A stretch of 64,000 nt of DNA, taken from positions 32,985 through 96,984 of the forward strand of contig JBHPFU010000002.1 in NCBI GenBank assembly GCA_042571125.1, read 5' to 3'. Position numbers and translations under genes: made by a program. The notes under the pieces were generated by a model. It worked only from the letters and a program-made list of their open reading frames with translations, did no database searches and was not told the DNA's origin. The stretch comes from Nanobdellota archaeon. GTDB lineage: Archaea; Nanobdellota; Nanobdellia; Woesearchaeales; UBA10107. Positions 17,963-27,097 of the stretch are shown here, one piece after another. Each line of letters begins with the position of its first letter. The first letter of the stretch is position 1.

Positions 17963-18732
17963 TTTAAGTTCTTACAAACTTTACAGTCATTATAACCTAT
18001 TGGTTCTATGACTATTTCGCTTGTATCAATTCTATGTACATAAGGACATCCGATCGCATGTTCAATTTTTGATTTGCTTGAACCGACTGTCGCAATACCT
18101 AAAAAAACTCTCACAATTTCGGGGTCAAACTGCATTTCAGGTTGTTCTCCCGGAATTAATGTGCGATTATAACCAATGCCTGCGCATCTTTTTAATTCTT
18201 CTCTGGCTACACTAATTGGAACTTTTGGTTGATATCTTCTAAATGCTGTAAGTGCATCAAAAGTGTCAACAGGAGAGATTATTCTTGAGGGCAAAGGTAT
18301 CTTATCTCCCCTAACTTCCCCGGGATAACCTACGTGTTTTTTGCCTTTAGTTGTTTTTACTGATTGTCCATCAAAACGTTCATGATGATACCTAACAATA
18401 TCGCAGATTTCTTTAGATGCTCCCATTTCCTGGAGCATTTCTGCTCCTCGTACTGGATGTCTTCTTATCTTCTCTACTTGAACAGGTGTGAGGGTTTTTG
18501 CCTGGAAATCTTCAATTGTCCATTCATCCTTACCAATATCATGTACGTGTGCTGCTTGATGCACAGTCTCAATTTCTGATTTTGAACGCCCCATTCCATT
18601 TGCGATTATGACTGCATATCTTGTTACTCTAAAACTATGTCCTCTTGTAAGGGGATCTCTATTTTCAATATCCTCATTAAAATCAAGAATGCCCTCAAGT
18701 TGAGCGTCGTGTCTAATTGTTCGTCCATTCAT
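17959..18732 (-). CDS. HD-GYP domain phosphohydrolase
   Basis: Has GHSFRV...AAHVHDIGK, then YHHERFDG-(11 aa)-GYPGE..IPLPSRIISPVDTFDALTAFRRY. The C-terminal ~45 aa contain a C..CxxC pattern. I prefer ATG 18732 over TTG 18744. Confidence 0.7.
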   Translation of the reverse strand: MNGRTIRHDAQLEGILDFNEDIENRDPLTRGHSFRVTRYAVIIANGMGRSKSEIETVHQAAHVHDIGKDEWTIEDFQAKTLTPVQVEKIRRHPVRGAEMLQEMGASKEICDIVRYHHERFDGQSVKTTKGKKHVGYPGEVRGDKIPLPSRIISPVDTFDALTAFRRYQPKVPISVAREELKRCAGIGYNRTLIPGEQPEMQFDPEIVRVFLGIATVGSSKSKIEHAIGCPYVHRIDTSEIVIEPIGYNDCKVCKNLN

Positions 18733-18763
18733 AAATAACCCCAATATATGCTAAGTTAAACAA

Positions 18764-18773
18764 CTATATAAAG
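18764..18773 (-). promoter_or_regulatory. TATA box (CTTTATATAG on the minus strand) for the HD-GYP gene
   Basis: Lies about 32 nt upstream of ATG 18732. Confidence 0.35.
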
Positions 18774-18809
18774 TTTTCATATATTGTTTATATACAAACT
18801 ATAAGAACA

Positions 18810-19010
18810 CTATTCAACAGGTTTTTCCTTTTGTACGGCCTTTTCCATGTATCCGCACTTCCCGCAAGTCAGTCTATCTTTATGTGCTGCTAAGAAATTA
18901 GTTGCGCATTTTGGGCACATCTTGTTTTTTCTTTTTAATACTCCTCCTTCTACTGAGTATAGTTTGTGAATGTTATATGTTCTTTTTTTCTTTTGTGCTT
19001 CTTCTGCCAT
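18810..19010 (-). CDS. rps27ae: 30S ribosomal protein S27ae
   Basis: Has the zinc ribbon CPKC...CGKCGY in the S27ae context. Confidence 0.85.
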   Translation of the reverse strand: MAEEAQKKKRTYNIHKLYSVEGGVLKRKNKMCPKCATNFLAAHKDRLTCGKCGYMEKAVQKEKPVE

Positions 19011-19414
19011 TATTCTTTACCTTCTTCTTTCTTTTCTTCTGCGGGTTTTTCCTCAGCTGGTTTTTCTTCTTTCTTTTCTTCTGGTTTGGCTTCTTCCTTT
19101 TTCTCTTCTGCAGGTTTTGCTTCAGCACCTTCTGCTTTCTTTTCCTTAGGCATTCCCTTATTTAATGCATTTTCTGTTTCTATTCTTTTCATATCTTCTT
19201 CGTTTTTGTAAGAATAAGCAAGAACTTCTGCGTTCTTTTCTCCATATTGCGCGTCAATCTTTCTCACAACAACTAATTTTTCATCTGTATTTAATTGTGA
19301 AGCAATCTGTTTTTTAATATCTGCTCTTGAAGGAGTGATTCCTTCATAAGTAATTTCAATGTCTACTTCTGTTCTGCTTAAAAGAGGTTGCTCGTTTTTA
19401 TTTAATATTTTCAT
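19010..19414 (-). CDS. rps24e: 30S ribosomal protein S24e with a K/E/P/A-rich C-terminal tail
   Basis: [32 protein letters not shown]...[11 protein letters not shown] is S24e. I prefer start ATG 19414, which has GGTGA upstream. The tail is [45 protein letters not shown]. Confidence 0.85.
   Translation of the reverse strand: MKILNKNEQPLLSRTEVDIEITYEGITPSRADIKKQIASQLNTDEKLVVVRKIDAQYGEKNAEVLAYSYKNEEDMKRIETENALNKGMPKEKKAEGAEAKPAEEKKEEAKPEEKKEEKPAEEKPAEEKKEEGKE
19089..19117 (-). repeat. 29-nt block (copy 2, in the S24e tail)
   Basis: The reverse complement equals 16661-16689 exactly. Confidence 0.85.
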
Positions 19415-19425
19415 ACTCAATAGAA

Positions 19426-19611
19426 TCACCTGCACTTAACTGCATATTCTCCTTTTTGTTTTATTGCCATTTTTTGTGCTATCTTTGACTTTTCAACATG
19501 TGTTACGCTTAAGCGGCCCTGCCAATTTGTAGAGAAGTTTGTACCTTTGCAAATTGGGCATTCTCCGCCTTCAACAAATACTCTGCATGTTTTACATACT
19601 TTTTTCTTCAT
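19426..19611 (-). CDS. spt4: transcription elongation factor Spt4 / RpoE''
   Basis: Has the 4-Cys zinc ribbon CKTC...CPIC and NWQG. Its position between rpoE' and rps24e is conserved. Confidence 0.8.
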   Translation of the reverse strand: MKKKVCKTCRVFVEGGECPICKGTNFSTNWQGRLSVTHVEKSKIAQKMAIKQKGEYAVKCR

Positions 19612-20189
19612 TTCTTACCTTTCTTCTCTTCTGGTTCTTCTACTTTTGTTTTCTTAAGTTTGTCTTCTTCAATCCATTCAATTTTTCCTAATCCTGGCTG
19701 TCTCATAGTAAGACCAAGTTTAGGATTTGTGACATCCTTAAATGAAACTGCGATTAATCTTGCTCTGCAAAGATCTCCTACTTTCAAAGTTCTTTTTGAA
19801 TCTCTTCCAGTTAAAACTTTTTCTTTTGCAAAACTCACAAAATCATCCATTGTTTGTGAAACGTGAATCATTCCTTCAATCGGTCCAAGTGTAATGAATG
19901 CACCAAAATCAGTAACGTCTTTTATTGATCCGAAAACAACTTCCTGCATCTCTGGCTTGAATAACAATAGTTTAAATGTTGTGTTATAGTATGGCGCGCC
20001 ATCTCCAGGTATTATCACTCCTTCTTCAATTTTTGAAACAGAAGAAACATCGATAACAACTCCGAGGTCTTGAGAAATATGACCTTCATACTTTTCTTTT
20101 ATCATTTTAAGAACTGCCTGTTCTGTTGTTACATCAAACATATTAGGCGGAACGCGTATGTGGTCTCTTATTTCTGTCTTGTAAAACAT
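19608..20189 (-). CDS. rpoE: DNA-directed RNA polymerase subunit E' (Rpo7)
   Basis: Has the N-terminal Rpo7 fold plus an S1 domain (VVFGSIKDVTDFGAFITLGPIEGMIHVSQ). Confidence 0.85.
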   Translation of the reverse strand: MFYKTEIRDHIRVPPNMFDVTTEQAVLKMIKEKYEGHISQDLGVVIDVSSVSKIEEGVIIPGDGAPYYNTTFKLLLFKPEMQEVVFGSIKDVTDFGAFITLGPIEGMIHVSQTMDDFVSFAKEKVLTGRDSKRTLKVGDLCRARLIAVSFKDVTNPKLGLTMRQPGLGKIEWIEEDKLKKTKVEEPEEKKGKK

Positions 20190-20566
20190 TATTGAATCAC
20201 CAGGTATTTCTTTTGTCTTAAAGTAATTATTTTAACTCTCTTGGCTTTTAAAGCCCTTTTTAAGGCCAAATCCTGCGTAGCAACGATATAGCCCCCTAAA
20301 TCTAGTATTATTCTGTCTACATGAAGTTCCGAAGTTGTTTTTAAAACCTTCGGTTTTTTGGATTTTAAGAGCTGTAAAGAGAGCTTTGCTTGCTCTTTAG
20401 TACGTCCTTTCCTCTCTTTTATGATGTTCTCAAGCTCAGTAATGCTCTTATCCAGCACATATAGCTCATATTTGAAGTCTGCTATCCTCTCTATTTCTGA
20501 GTAAATATCGACCTTAAATTGCGCTGGAATCATCAAAAAATTAGTATCTAACAATATTTTTTCCAT
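20189..20566 (-). CDS. PIN-domain protein (COG1412 / Fcf1-like) of the rpoE' operon
   Basis: MEKILLDTNFLMIP... with a C-terminal VATQDLALKRALK. The stop overlaps the rpoE' ATG (TAATG). Confidence 0.7.
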   Translation of the reverse strand: MEKILLDTNFLMIPAQFKVDIYSEIERIADFKYELYVLDKSITELENIIKERKGRTKEQAKLSLQLLKSKKPKVLKTTSELHVDRIILDLGGYIVATQDLALKRALKAKRVKIITLRQKKYLVIQ

Positions 20567-20602
20567 TATAATATAAAAGAAAAAGAGTATATAAAGATTA
20601 CT

Positions 20603-21493
20603 CTATAACAAACCACTATCTTCCATGAATGTTTTAACTTCTTGCTTATGTTCTTTAGAAAGCTCGCACATTGGAAGTCTATAAACTTCTTCACACATTC
20701 CTTGCAATGAAAGCATATATTTAATCGGGATTGGATTTGTCTCGATAAATTCCATTTTGAATAATTTCTTAATGCCCTCATTTACCGTTTCTGCTTCTTT
20801 CACGTATCCGTTTAATGCACACTGAACCATTTCTGACATTGATCCTGGAATTAGATTGCTTGCAACAGAAATAACTCCGTCTCCTCCTTCTTTTATTAAA
20901 GGTAAAGCCATGTTGTCATCTCCACTTAAAACATAAAATCCTTCTGGTCTTTGTGCGATAACATCTTTCATCTGTTCTAGGTTTCCAGAAGCTTCTTTTA
21001 CCGCAGTGATGTTCCTACAATCATTCGCCAGCCTCATTAATGTTGGAGTCTCAACATTAACTGCTGATCTTCCTTGTATGTTATAAACAATGCATGGAAT
21101 TCCTACATTCTCTGCTATTGCTTTGAAATGTCTATACAATCCTTCTTGTGTTGGTTTGTTATAATAAGGATTTACTAATAAAACCGCACTCGCACCAGCT
21201 TTTTCAGCATGCTGTGAATATTTTATTGCTTCTTTTGTACAATTTGAACCTGTTCCTGCAAGCACAGGAACTCTTCCATTAACAGCTTGAATAGTTAGGT
21301 CTATAACTCTTTGATGTTCTTCAGGAGATAATGTTGGACTTTCGCCTGTTGTTCCGCATGGAACTATTCCACTAATCCCCTGCTCTATATTAAAATCAAT
21401 CAAATTTTCCAGCGAACTTTCATCTATAGATTCATCATTTTTGAAAGGAGTTATTATTGCAGTATAACCTCCTCGTAATTTTATCGGATCCAT
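20603..21493 (-). CDS. dapA: 4-hydroxy-tetrahydrodipicolinate synthase
   Basis: GIVPCGTTGESPTLS, NPYYNKP and a Schiff-base Lys in the ITAVKEASG context. Confidence 0.85.
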   Translation of the reverse strand: MDPIKLRGGYTAIITPFKNDESIDESSLENLIDFNIEQGISGIVPCGTTGESPTLSPEEHQRVIDLTIQAVNGRVPVLAGTGSNCTKEAIKYSQHAEKAGASAVLLVNPYYNKPTQEGLYRHFKAIAENVGIPCIVYNIQGRSAVNVETPTLMRLANDCRNITAVKEASGNLEQMKDVIAQRPEGFYVLSGDDNMALPLIKEGGDGVISVASNLIPGSMSEMVQCALNGYVKEAETVNEGIKKLFKMEFIETNPIPIKYMLSLQGMCEEVYRLPMCELSKEHKQEVKTFMEDSGLL

Positions 21494-21544
21494 GAAGTTT
21501 TTAGAAGAGTAAGTGATATTTAAGGTTTTCTTTTGTCACTGTTT

Positions 21545-22321
21545 TTAGACGATAGTTTTCCAGATCTTCTTCATCTTGATTGCATCGCCAAGAGTATCAG
21601 GACTTTCGTTTATTATTCTCACAGAAAGATTATTCTTCTTTAATGCTTTTAGTAGTTTTTTGGTCTCATCGTTTGGTGTCAGCTTATGCATCCGTTCTCC
21701 TTTCGGACCCCATATAACCCCGGAGAAATGAGTTGTTATTATTTTTATTTTCTTGGATTTCCTTGCCATCTCATCATAGGTCATTTCTCCGTTATACCTT
21801 GCCAATAGATGAGCAAAATCAACACAAACTCCGCAGCCAGTTTCTTTTGCTAGCCTTGTTAACTCCTCCAGATCACCAAATTGTGATCCTTTTCCTGTTG
21901 TTTCAGGGCAAAGGATAACATTCCATTTATTTTTCTTTATTGTCTTCTGCAAATCAATAATTTCTTTCTTAATATTCCTATATGTTTCTTCTTTTGAAAC
22001 GTCCATGTAGAATCCTGCGTGAAAAACAATCTCTTTTGCGCCGATGTGGTGTGCTCTCTCGCAGCTATCTAGTATTCTTTTTTTAGATGCATGGACTTTT
22101 GCCTTTTCTTTAGAATTCAAATTGATGTAGAAAGGAGCATGAACACTCAAACTTAGTTTTAATTCTTTATTCAGCTCTCCAATTTCTTTAGCCAACGGAT
22201 TCTTCATCATAACTCCGTGGCTAAACTGAATTTCGCAACAGTCTAATCCTTTGCTAGCTATTACTTTTAATCCTTTATACGTATCTCCCCCAGTTCCTGC
22301 CGGACCGAATAATAGTTTCAT
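21545..22321 (-). CDS. endonuclease IV-like / xylose-isomerase-like TIM-barrel protein (AP endonuclease family 2)
   Basis: VHAPFYINLNS...AKEIVFHAGFY...VCVDFAHL resembles the Nfo metal-binding His/Asp pattern. Confidence 0.6.
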   Translation of the reverse strand: MKLLFGPAGTGGDTYKGLKVIASKGLDCCEIQFSHGVMMKNPLAKEIGELNKELKLSLSVHAPFYINLNSKEKAKVHASKKRILDSCERAHHIGAKEIVFHAGFYMDVSKEETYRNIKKEIIDLQKTIKKNKWNVILCPETTGKGSQFGDLEELTRLAKETGCGVCVDFAHLLARYNGEMTYDEMARKSKKIKIITTHFSGVIWGPKGERMHKLTPNDETKKLLKALKKNNLSVRIINESPDTLGDAIKMKKIWKTIV

Positions 22322-23505
22322 TTTTTCTTTTTCTTCACTTCTTCTACAAGAAAATAATTTGAGAGCTTCAAAACAATAGTAGAAAGAACAATTGAATAAA
22401 GCATGAATGATAGGATAAGATCAAGTATTAATTTGAGTCCAGGGATTGTTAATGTTGATAGTGTTAATGCAAGTACTGCCACTGCAATTCCTTTTGGAAC
22501 ATTAAGCGTCATAAATATCTTCTGTTTTAGTTCAAAATCCTTAAGCACCCAGTGTACTGCACCGAATCTAATTCCGAGATATAATATGAATAATCCAATT
22601 GATGTTAAAAAGAAGCCCCAGGTCATTGGTAATTTTATTATAAAACCAACTAAAACAAAGATAAGTATCTCTAAAAAGCTTGATAAGAATGTAGAATATG
22701 ACTGCAGAGTGTGTTTTTGTTTAACATAAACATTCCCAAATATAATTCCTATTGTTGATACTGCAAGAATCCCGTTACCTCCAAGATTTTCTGCTAAGAT
22801 GTATGTTATTAATGCAGAAGCTATTACTGCTATTGGTGAAAACTTCTCAGAGTATTGAGTTCTCATAAGTTTGAAAACAATCAGACCAACAACAATACCT
22901 GCACCTACTCCAGTTATAATCTGCTGAAGGAATGGTGCAATCTGTTCAAGGAATTTTGAGAATAGAAATTCAACATTGACAGACTGCATAAAATCAAGAA
23001 TAATAAACGGAAGCAAAACAATTATTGGCGTGTTTATTATTGACTCTATCTTTAAAAGTTCTACAACTCTTGTTTTTATTCCTGCAAATGCGCGGATTAT
23101 GAAATCCGGAGCAGTTCCTACAACTATTGACGAGAATATCAATGCCAAACCAAGGCTTACTTTAGTTAAGACCATAGTAAATAATGTTAAGATAATCAAG
23201 GACAGCAGTAAAAATACAAATACAAGATTTATTGCTTTGAATGAGAAGGTATCAAATTCTTTTAGTTTTAGTTTTGATGTTGCATCAAAAACAATAACTA
23301 TGAGTGCAAAGACTCCCATTACTGTTAAAAAAAGATCAGGAAATTCAATAATTGGTTTTCCAAAGTACGTTAAGGCCCCCAGACCCATCCCCGCAAGGAT
23401 AAGAAGGAGAGCATTAGGTATTTTTAATTTATTAGAGAGCATAGAGCAAAATAAGCCAACTATAAGAACGATTGCAAGATAAGTTAAAAAAGCTAAAGTA
23501 GCCAT
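22318..23505 (-). CDS. monovalent cation:proton antiporter (CPA family)
   Basis: About 11 predicted hydrophobic helices with a Na+/H+-exchanger-like layout (FDATSKL, ILAENLGGNGILA). Confidence 0.6.
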   Translation of the reverse strand: MATLAFLTYLAIVLIVGLFCSMLSNKLKIPNALLLILAGMGLGALTYFGKPIIEFPDLFLTVMGVFALIVIVFDATSKLKLKEFDTFSFKAINLVFVFLLLSLIILTLFTMVLTKVSLGLALIFSSIVVGTAPDFIIRAFAGIKTRVVELLKIESIINTPIIVLLPFIILDFMQSVNVEFLFSKFLEQIAPFLQQIITGVGAGIVVGLIVFKLMRTQYSEKFSPIAVIASALITYILAENLGGNGILAVSTIGIIFGNVYVKQKHTLQSYSTFLSSFLEILIFVLVGFIIKLPMTWGFFLTSIGLFILYLGIRFGAVHWVLKDFELKQKIFMTLNVPKGIAVAVLALTLSTLTIPGLKLILDLILSFMLYSIVLSTIVLKLSNYFLVEEVKKKKK

Positions 23506-23595
23506 TGATCACCCCTTTTATTGATTAATATTTGGTTTGTTTATATATTTTTTGTTAACAAAAAGCTTTTAAAGAATGATAATAAATAAGAGGCT

Positions 23596-24807
23596 ATGAA
23601 GCTGCTTAAAGAGGTTCTGAAGGAAATAACGCCAAAGAAGGGCGAATTGAAAAAAGAAGTTGATGATATGCTTTCTAAGATAAATAAATCTCTGAAAAAA
23701 TTAAAAGCAAAAGCCATTGTTGGAGGTTCATTTGCAAAGAACACATTTCTGAAAGGAGATCATGACTGCGATATTTTTGTTAAGTTCAATTATTCTCTTA
23801 AAGGAAAAGATATTTCTAAATTATTAGGCAACGCTTTAAAGAAATTCAAGGCAGTAAGAATTCCTGGCTCTAGAAATTATTATCAAATCAAGAATAAGAT
23901 AAATTATGAGATCGTTCCGGTCCTGTCTATTAAAGATCCAAAAAAGGCAGTTAATGTAACTGATGCCTCTCCACTGCATGCGGCATGGGTTAAAAAATCA
24001 AAACTAAGCGATGAAATAAGATTATCAAAAGCATTTTGCAAGGCGGCAGGAGTTTATGGAGCAGAGAGTTACATAAAAGGATTTTCAGGACATGTTTTGG
24101 ATATCCTAACAATCTACTATGGTTCTTTTTTGAAATTATTACGGGCAGCATCTAAATGGAAGCAGAAAACAGTGATTGATATCATGAAATACCACAAAAA
24201 TGTTTTTATGGACGTGAATAAATCAAAATTACTTAGTCCTCTAATTGTAATTGATCCTATTCAGAAAGAAAGAAATGCTGCTGCCGCATTAAACCTTCAA
24301 AAATATGAAAAGTTTAGAAAGGCTGCAAAAGATTTCCTTAAAAATCCTTCTAAACAGTTTTTCATAAAGCATGAACTAACAATTGACGAAATAAAAGAAA
24401 AAGGAAAGGGAAATAAATTAATTTTATTGGATGTAAAACCTTTAAGAGGTAAACAGGACATAGTAGGAGCTAAATTATTAAAAACATTTGAATACTTAAA
24501 GAAAAGTTTGATCAAAAATGAATTTAAGATTTTAGAATCTGGCTGGACATGGGATAAAAAAACTAAAGCTTCTATTTGGTTTGTGTTGGACAAGAAAATT
24601 CTTACAGAAACCATGACAAGGAATGGTCCTCCTCTTTCAAATAAACCGCATGTTTCTAAATTTAAGAAAAAACACAAGAAAACATTCACAAAAGGCAAGA
24701 AACTGTACTCAAAAGTAAAAAGAAACCACAGAAAACCAGAAAGTTTGATTAAAGAACTTATAAAAAGTAGCTATGTAAAAGAGAGGGTAAAGAATGTCTC
24801 TAGTTAA
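23596..24807 (+). CDS. cca: CCA-adding tRNA nucleotidyltransferase, archaeal class I
   Basis: GGSFAKNTFLKGDHDCDIFVKF is the class-I polymerase-beta nucleotidyltransferase motif. Has a lysine-rich tail. Confidence 0.75.
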   Translation: MKLLKEVLKEITPKKGELKKEVDDMLSKINKSLKKLKAKAIVGGSFAKNTFLKGDHDCDIFVKFNYSLKGKDISKLLGNALKKFKAVRIPGSRNYYQIKNKINYEIVPVLSIKDPKKAVNVTDASPLHAAWVKKSKLSDEIRLSKAFCKAAGVYGAESYIKGFSGHVLDILTIYYGSFLKLLRAASKWKQKTVIDIMKYHKNVFMDVNKSKLLSPLIVIDPIQKERNAAAALNLQKYEKFRKAAKDFLKNPSKQFFIKHELTIDEIKEKGKGNKLILLDVKPLRGKQDIVGAKLLKTFEYLKKSLIKNEFKILESGWTWDKKTKASIWFVLDKKILTETMTRNGPPLSNKPHVSKFKKKHKKTFTKGKKLYSKVKRNHRKPESLIKELIKSSYVKERVKNVSS

Positions 24808-25375
24808 TGCTGCATTTGAATGGACAAAGGCAACATTTGCTCCATTAGGAGCCTGGGGTTTGTTTGTATTGGCTTTTGTTGAGGCAAGTTTTTTTCCAAT
24901 ACCTCCTGATTTTTTATTAATAATTCTTTGTTTAGCAAGACCTGAACTTGCACTATTCTTTGCTCTGGTATGTACACTGGGTTCAGTACTTGGTGGCCTA
25001 GGAGGATACGGAATTGGTTTTGCTGTTGAAAGAACTGTTTTAGAGCGATTCTTTTCTCACAAAAAGATTGCTAAGGTCCACAAGTTATTTGAAAAGTACG
25101 AAGCATGGGCTGTTTTTATTGGAGGATTTACTCCTTTGCCATATAAGTTATTCACAATAGGTGCAGGTTTATTCTATGTTAATATAAAGAAATTCGTTCT
25201 TGCTTCTGCTCTTGGTCGTGCATTGAGATTCTTTTTAGTCGCAATACTAATAATGGTTTACGGTGAAACAATGGTTTCATTTATTGAATCATACTTCAAT
25301 ATATTTACAATTGTTGGTGTTATTGTGGCAGTTGTTGCGTATGTTGGATATAAACTATATAAAAAGAAAAGATAG
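24794..25375 (+). CDS. YqaA/DedA-type membrane protein
   Basis: FVEASFFPIPPDFLLI and GSVLGGLGGYGIG, with 4-5 TM helices. Confidence 0.6.
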   Translation: MSLVNAAFEWTKATFAPLGAWGLFVLAFVEASFFPIPPDFLLIILCLARPELALFFALVCTLGSVLGGLGGYGIGFAVERTVLERFFSHKKIAKVHKLFEKYEAWAVFIGGFTPLPYKLFTIGAGLFYVNIKKFVLASALGRALRFFLVAILIMVYGETMVSFIESYFNIFTIVGVIVAVVAYVGYKLYKKKR

Positions 25376-25417
25376 CTTTAAATATATATTTCTACTTCCC
25401 GCCACAGAGATGATTTA

Positions 25418-25993
25418 ATGGCACCACTTGGAAGAGTTTACAAACAAAATGAAAAAGGAGAGTATCTTGCTCGTCGTAAAGAGGGAAGAAAACGAGTAAT
25501 TCTGATTGGGAGTTATAAAGGTGAATTTTCTGTAGGGGATGAAGTAGATTATAAAATAATGGTTCGTAAAAGAAGCATAGATCTATCAAGAAAATACAAG
25601 TTAGTGCCTGCACAACCTGGTTCTAATGAATCTCCAAAACAATGCCTGCAAGAAGTTGAAGCTCCAAAACTCGCAAGTCTTGTCCTATATGACTTCAAAA
25701 CAAAAGATATGGTTGTTGTAGATAGAGAAGATCCTAATCTAATTTTAAAAAGAGCGGGACTGCCGCACCAACTAGCAATAGTGAAATTAAATGGTGTCAA
25801 TTGCACATATATGCGTTTGCATAATGAACAGAAATTAATAAGTTTAGAAGAAGACGGTTGTATTGTTATTGAAAATTTGTTTGAGGGGAACAATGGTTCT
25901 GGTCTTCTGAACTCAGCACTAGCAAGGAATAATAGTGAGGACAGAATAAGATTAGAAAATCTAATTGAAAGTTATATGCAAGATTCAGTTTAA
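25418..25993 (+). CDS. hypothetical protein
   Basis: 191-aa ORF with no recognisable motif. It lies upstream of the AAA+/vWA pair. Confidence 0.4.
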   Translation: MAPLGRVYKQNEKGEYLARRKEGRKRVILIGSYKGEFSVGDEVDYKIMVRKRSIDLSRKYKLVPAQPGSNESPKQCLQEVEAPKLASLVLYDFKTKDMVVVDREDPNLILKRAGLPHQLAIVKLNGVNCTYMRLHNEQKLISLEEDGCIVIENLFEGNNGSGLLNSALARNNSEDRIRLENLIESYMQDSV

Positions 25994-26080
25994 TTCTAAT
26001 CAAAAACTATTTAAACCATCAGGACATGGGCAGGAAATTTCTACAAAAAAGTTTTTAAACTCTTAAGTTCTAAAAAAAGT

Positions 26081-27097
26081 ATGTTAACGGAACATTTCAA
26101 GAAAATATTCTTAAAAGAAGATATTCTTACAGATATTCTCGGTCAAGAAAAGATAAAAGAACAACTTAAGTCTGCATTACTAATGGACAGACATGTCTTA
26201 GTTATCGGTCCGCCAGGAATCGGAAAAACAACATTAGCTAAAAACATTGCAAAACTTCTTCCAGAGGTAGAAGTTAATGATTGTGCATACCATTGTGACC
26301 CGAATGATCCAATGTGCCCTGAATGCAAATCAAAAAAACAAAATAAAAAAAAGATTTCAGGGGAAGAAAGATTTGTAAGAATTCAAGGTTCACCCGACTT
26401 AACAGCAGAAGACTTAATCGGAGATATTGATCCTATAAAAGCATTGAAGTTTGGTCCGTTAAGTTTAGAAGCATTCACACCGGGAAAGATTTTCAAGGCA
26501 AACAATGGAGTTTTATTCTTTGATGAGCTGAATAGATGTCCTGAGAAATTACAAAACGCATTACTGCAAGCATTACAGGAAAGATATGTAACAATCGGTT
26601 CGTATGATGTTGATTTCAAGACAAATTTTATTTTTATAGGTACAATGAACCCTGAAGATCGTTCAGCAGAACAATTATCAGAAGTATTATTGGATAGGTT
26701 TGATGTTATTTACATGGATTACCCCGATTCTTTAGAAATAGAACAGAATATTGTTCTAAACTCAGGTAAAAAACTAGTTGAGTTCCCAGATAAGCTGCTA
26801 ATGCTCTCTGTTTTGTTTGTTAGACTGTTAAGAGAGAGCAAGGATCTGGAAAAATTACCGAGCGTAAGGGCCTCAATAGGATTATATGAAAGAGCACAAT
26901 CAAATTCTTACTTAAAAAATAAAAACCAAGTTGAGTTTAAGGATATTGAAGATGCAATAATATCAGTTATTGCTCACAGAATAAAATTAAAGCCAAGTGT
27001 TCAATATCTGCAGAGCCCAACCGACTTTATACAAAAAGAATTGGAGAAATTCTTGGCCGAACACCCCGAATTAACAGAAAAGGGTGGTGGTCTTTGA
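26081..27097 (+). CDS. AAA+ ATPase, ChlI/MoxR-like, with a Zn-ribbon insertion
   Basis: Has Walker A GPPGIGKT, Walker B VLFFDELN, sensor/Arg-finger regions, and the insertion CAYHCDPNDPMCPEC after Walker A, as in ChlI-type proteins. Confidence 0.75.
   Translation: MLTEHFKKIFLKEDILTDILGQEKIKEQLKSALLMDRHVLVIGPPGIGKTTLAKNIAKLLPEVEVNDCAYHCDPNDPMCPECKSKKQNKKKISGEERFVRIQGSPDLTAEDLIGDIDPIKALKFGPLSLEAFTPGKIFKANNGVLFFDELNRCPEKLQNALLQALQERYVTIGSYDVDFKTNFIFIGTMNPEDRSAEQLSEVLLDRFDVIYMDYPDSLEIEQNIVLNSGKKLVEFPDKLLMLSVLFVRLLRESKDLEKLPSVRASIGLYERAQSNSYLKNKNQVEFKDIEDAIISVIAHRIKLKPSVQYLQSPTDFIQKELEKFLAEHPELTEKGGGL

Noticed and set aside
16580-19211. Antisense ORFs 16580-16879, 16978-17172, 17212-17619, 18902-19165 and 18966-19211, with F/L/S-rich products.
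   Set aside because: All lie opposite lysine/glutamate-rich tails or coiled-coil genes (P0, P1, the COG1340-like gene, S24e). Long open antisense frames are expected there, and none has any motif.
20566-20781. 71-aa minus-strand ORF overlapping the 3' part of dapA.
   Set aside because: It lies almost entirely inside the well-supported dapA reading frame, in another frame, and has no motif or start signals.
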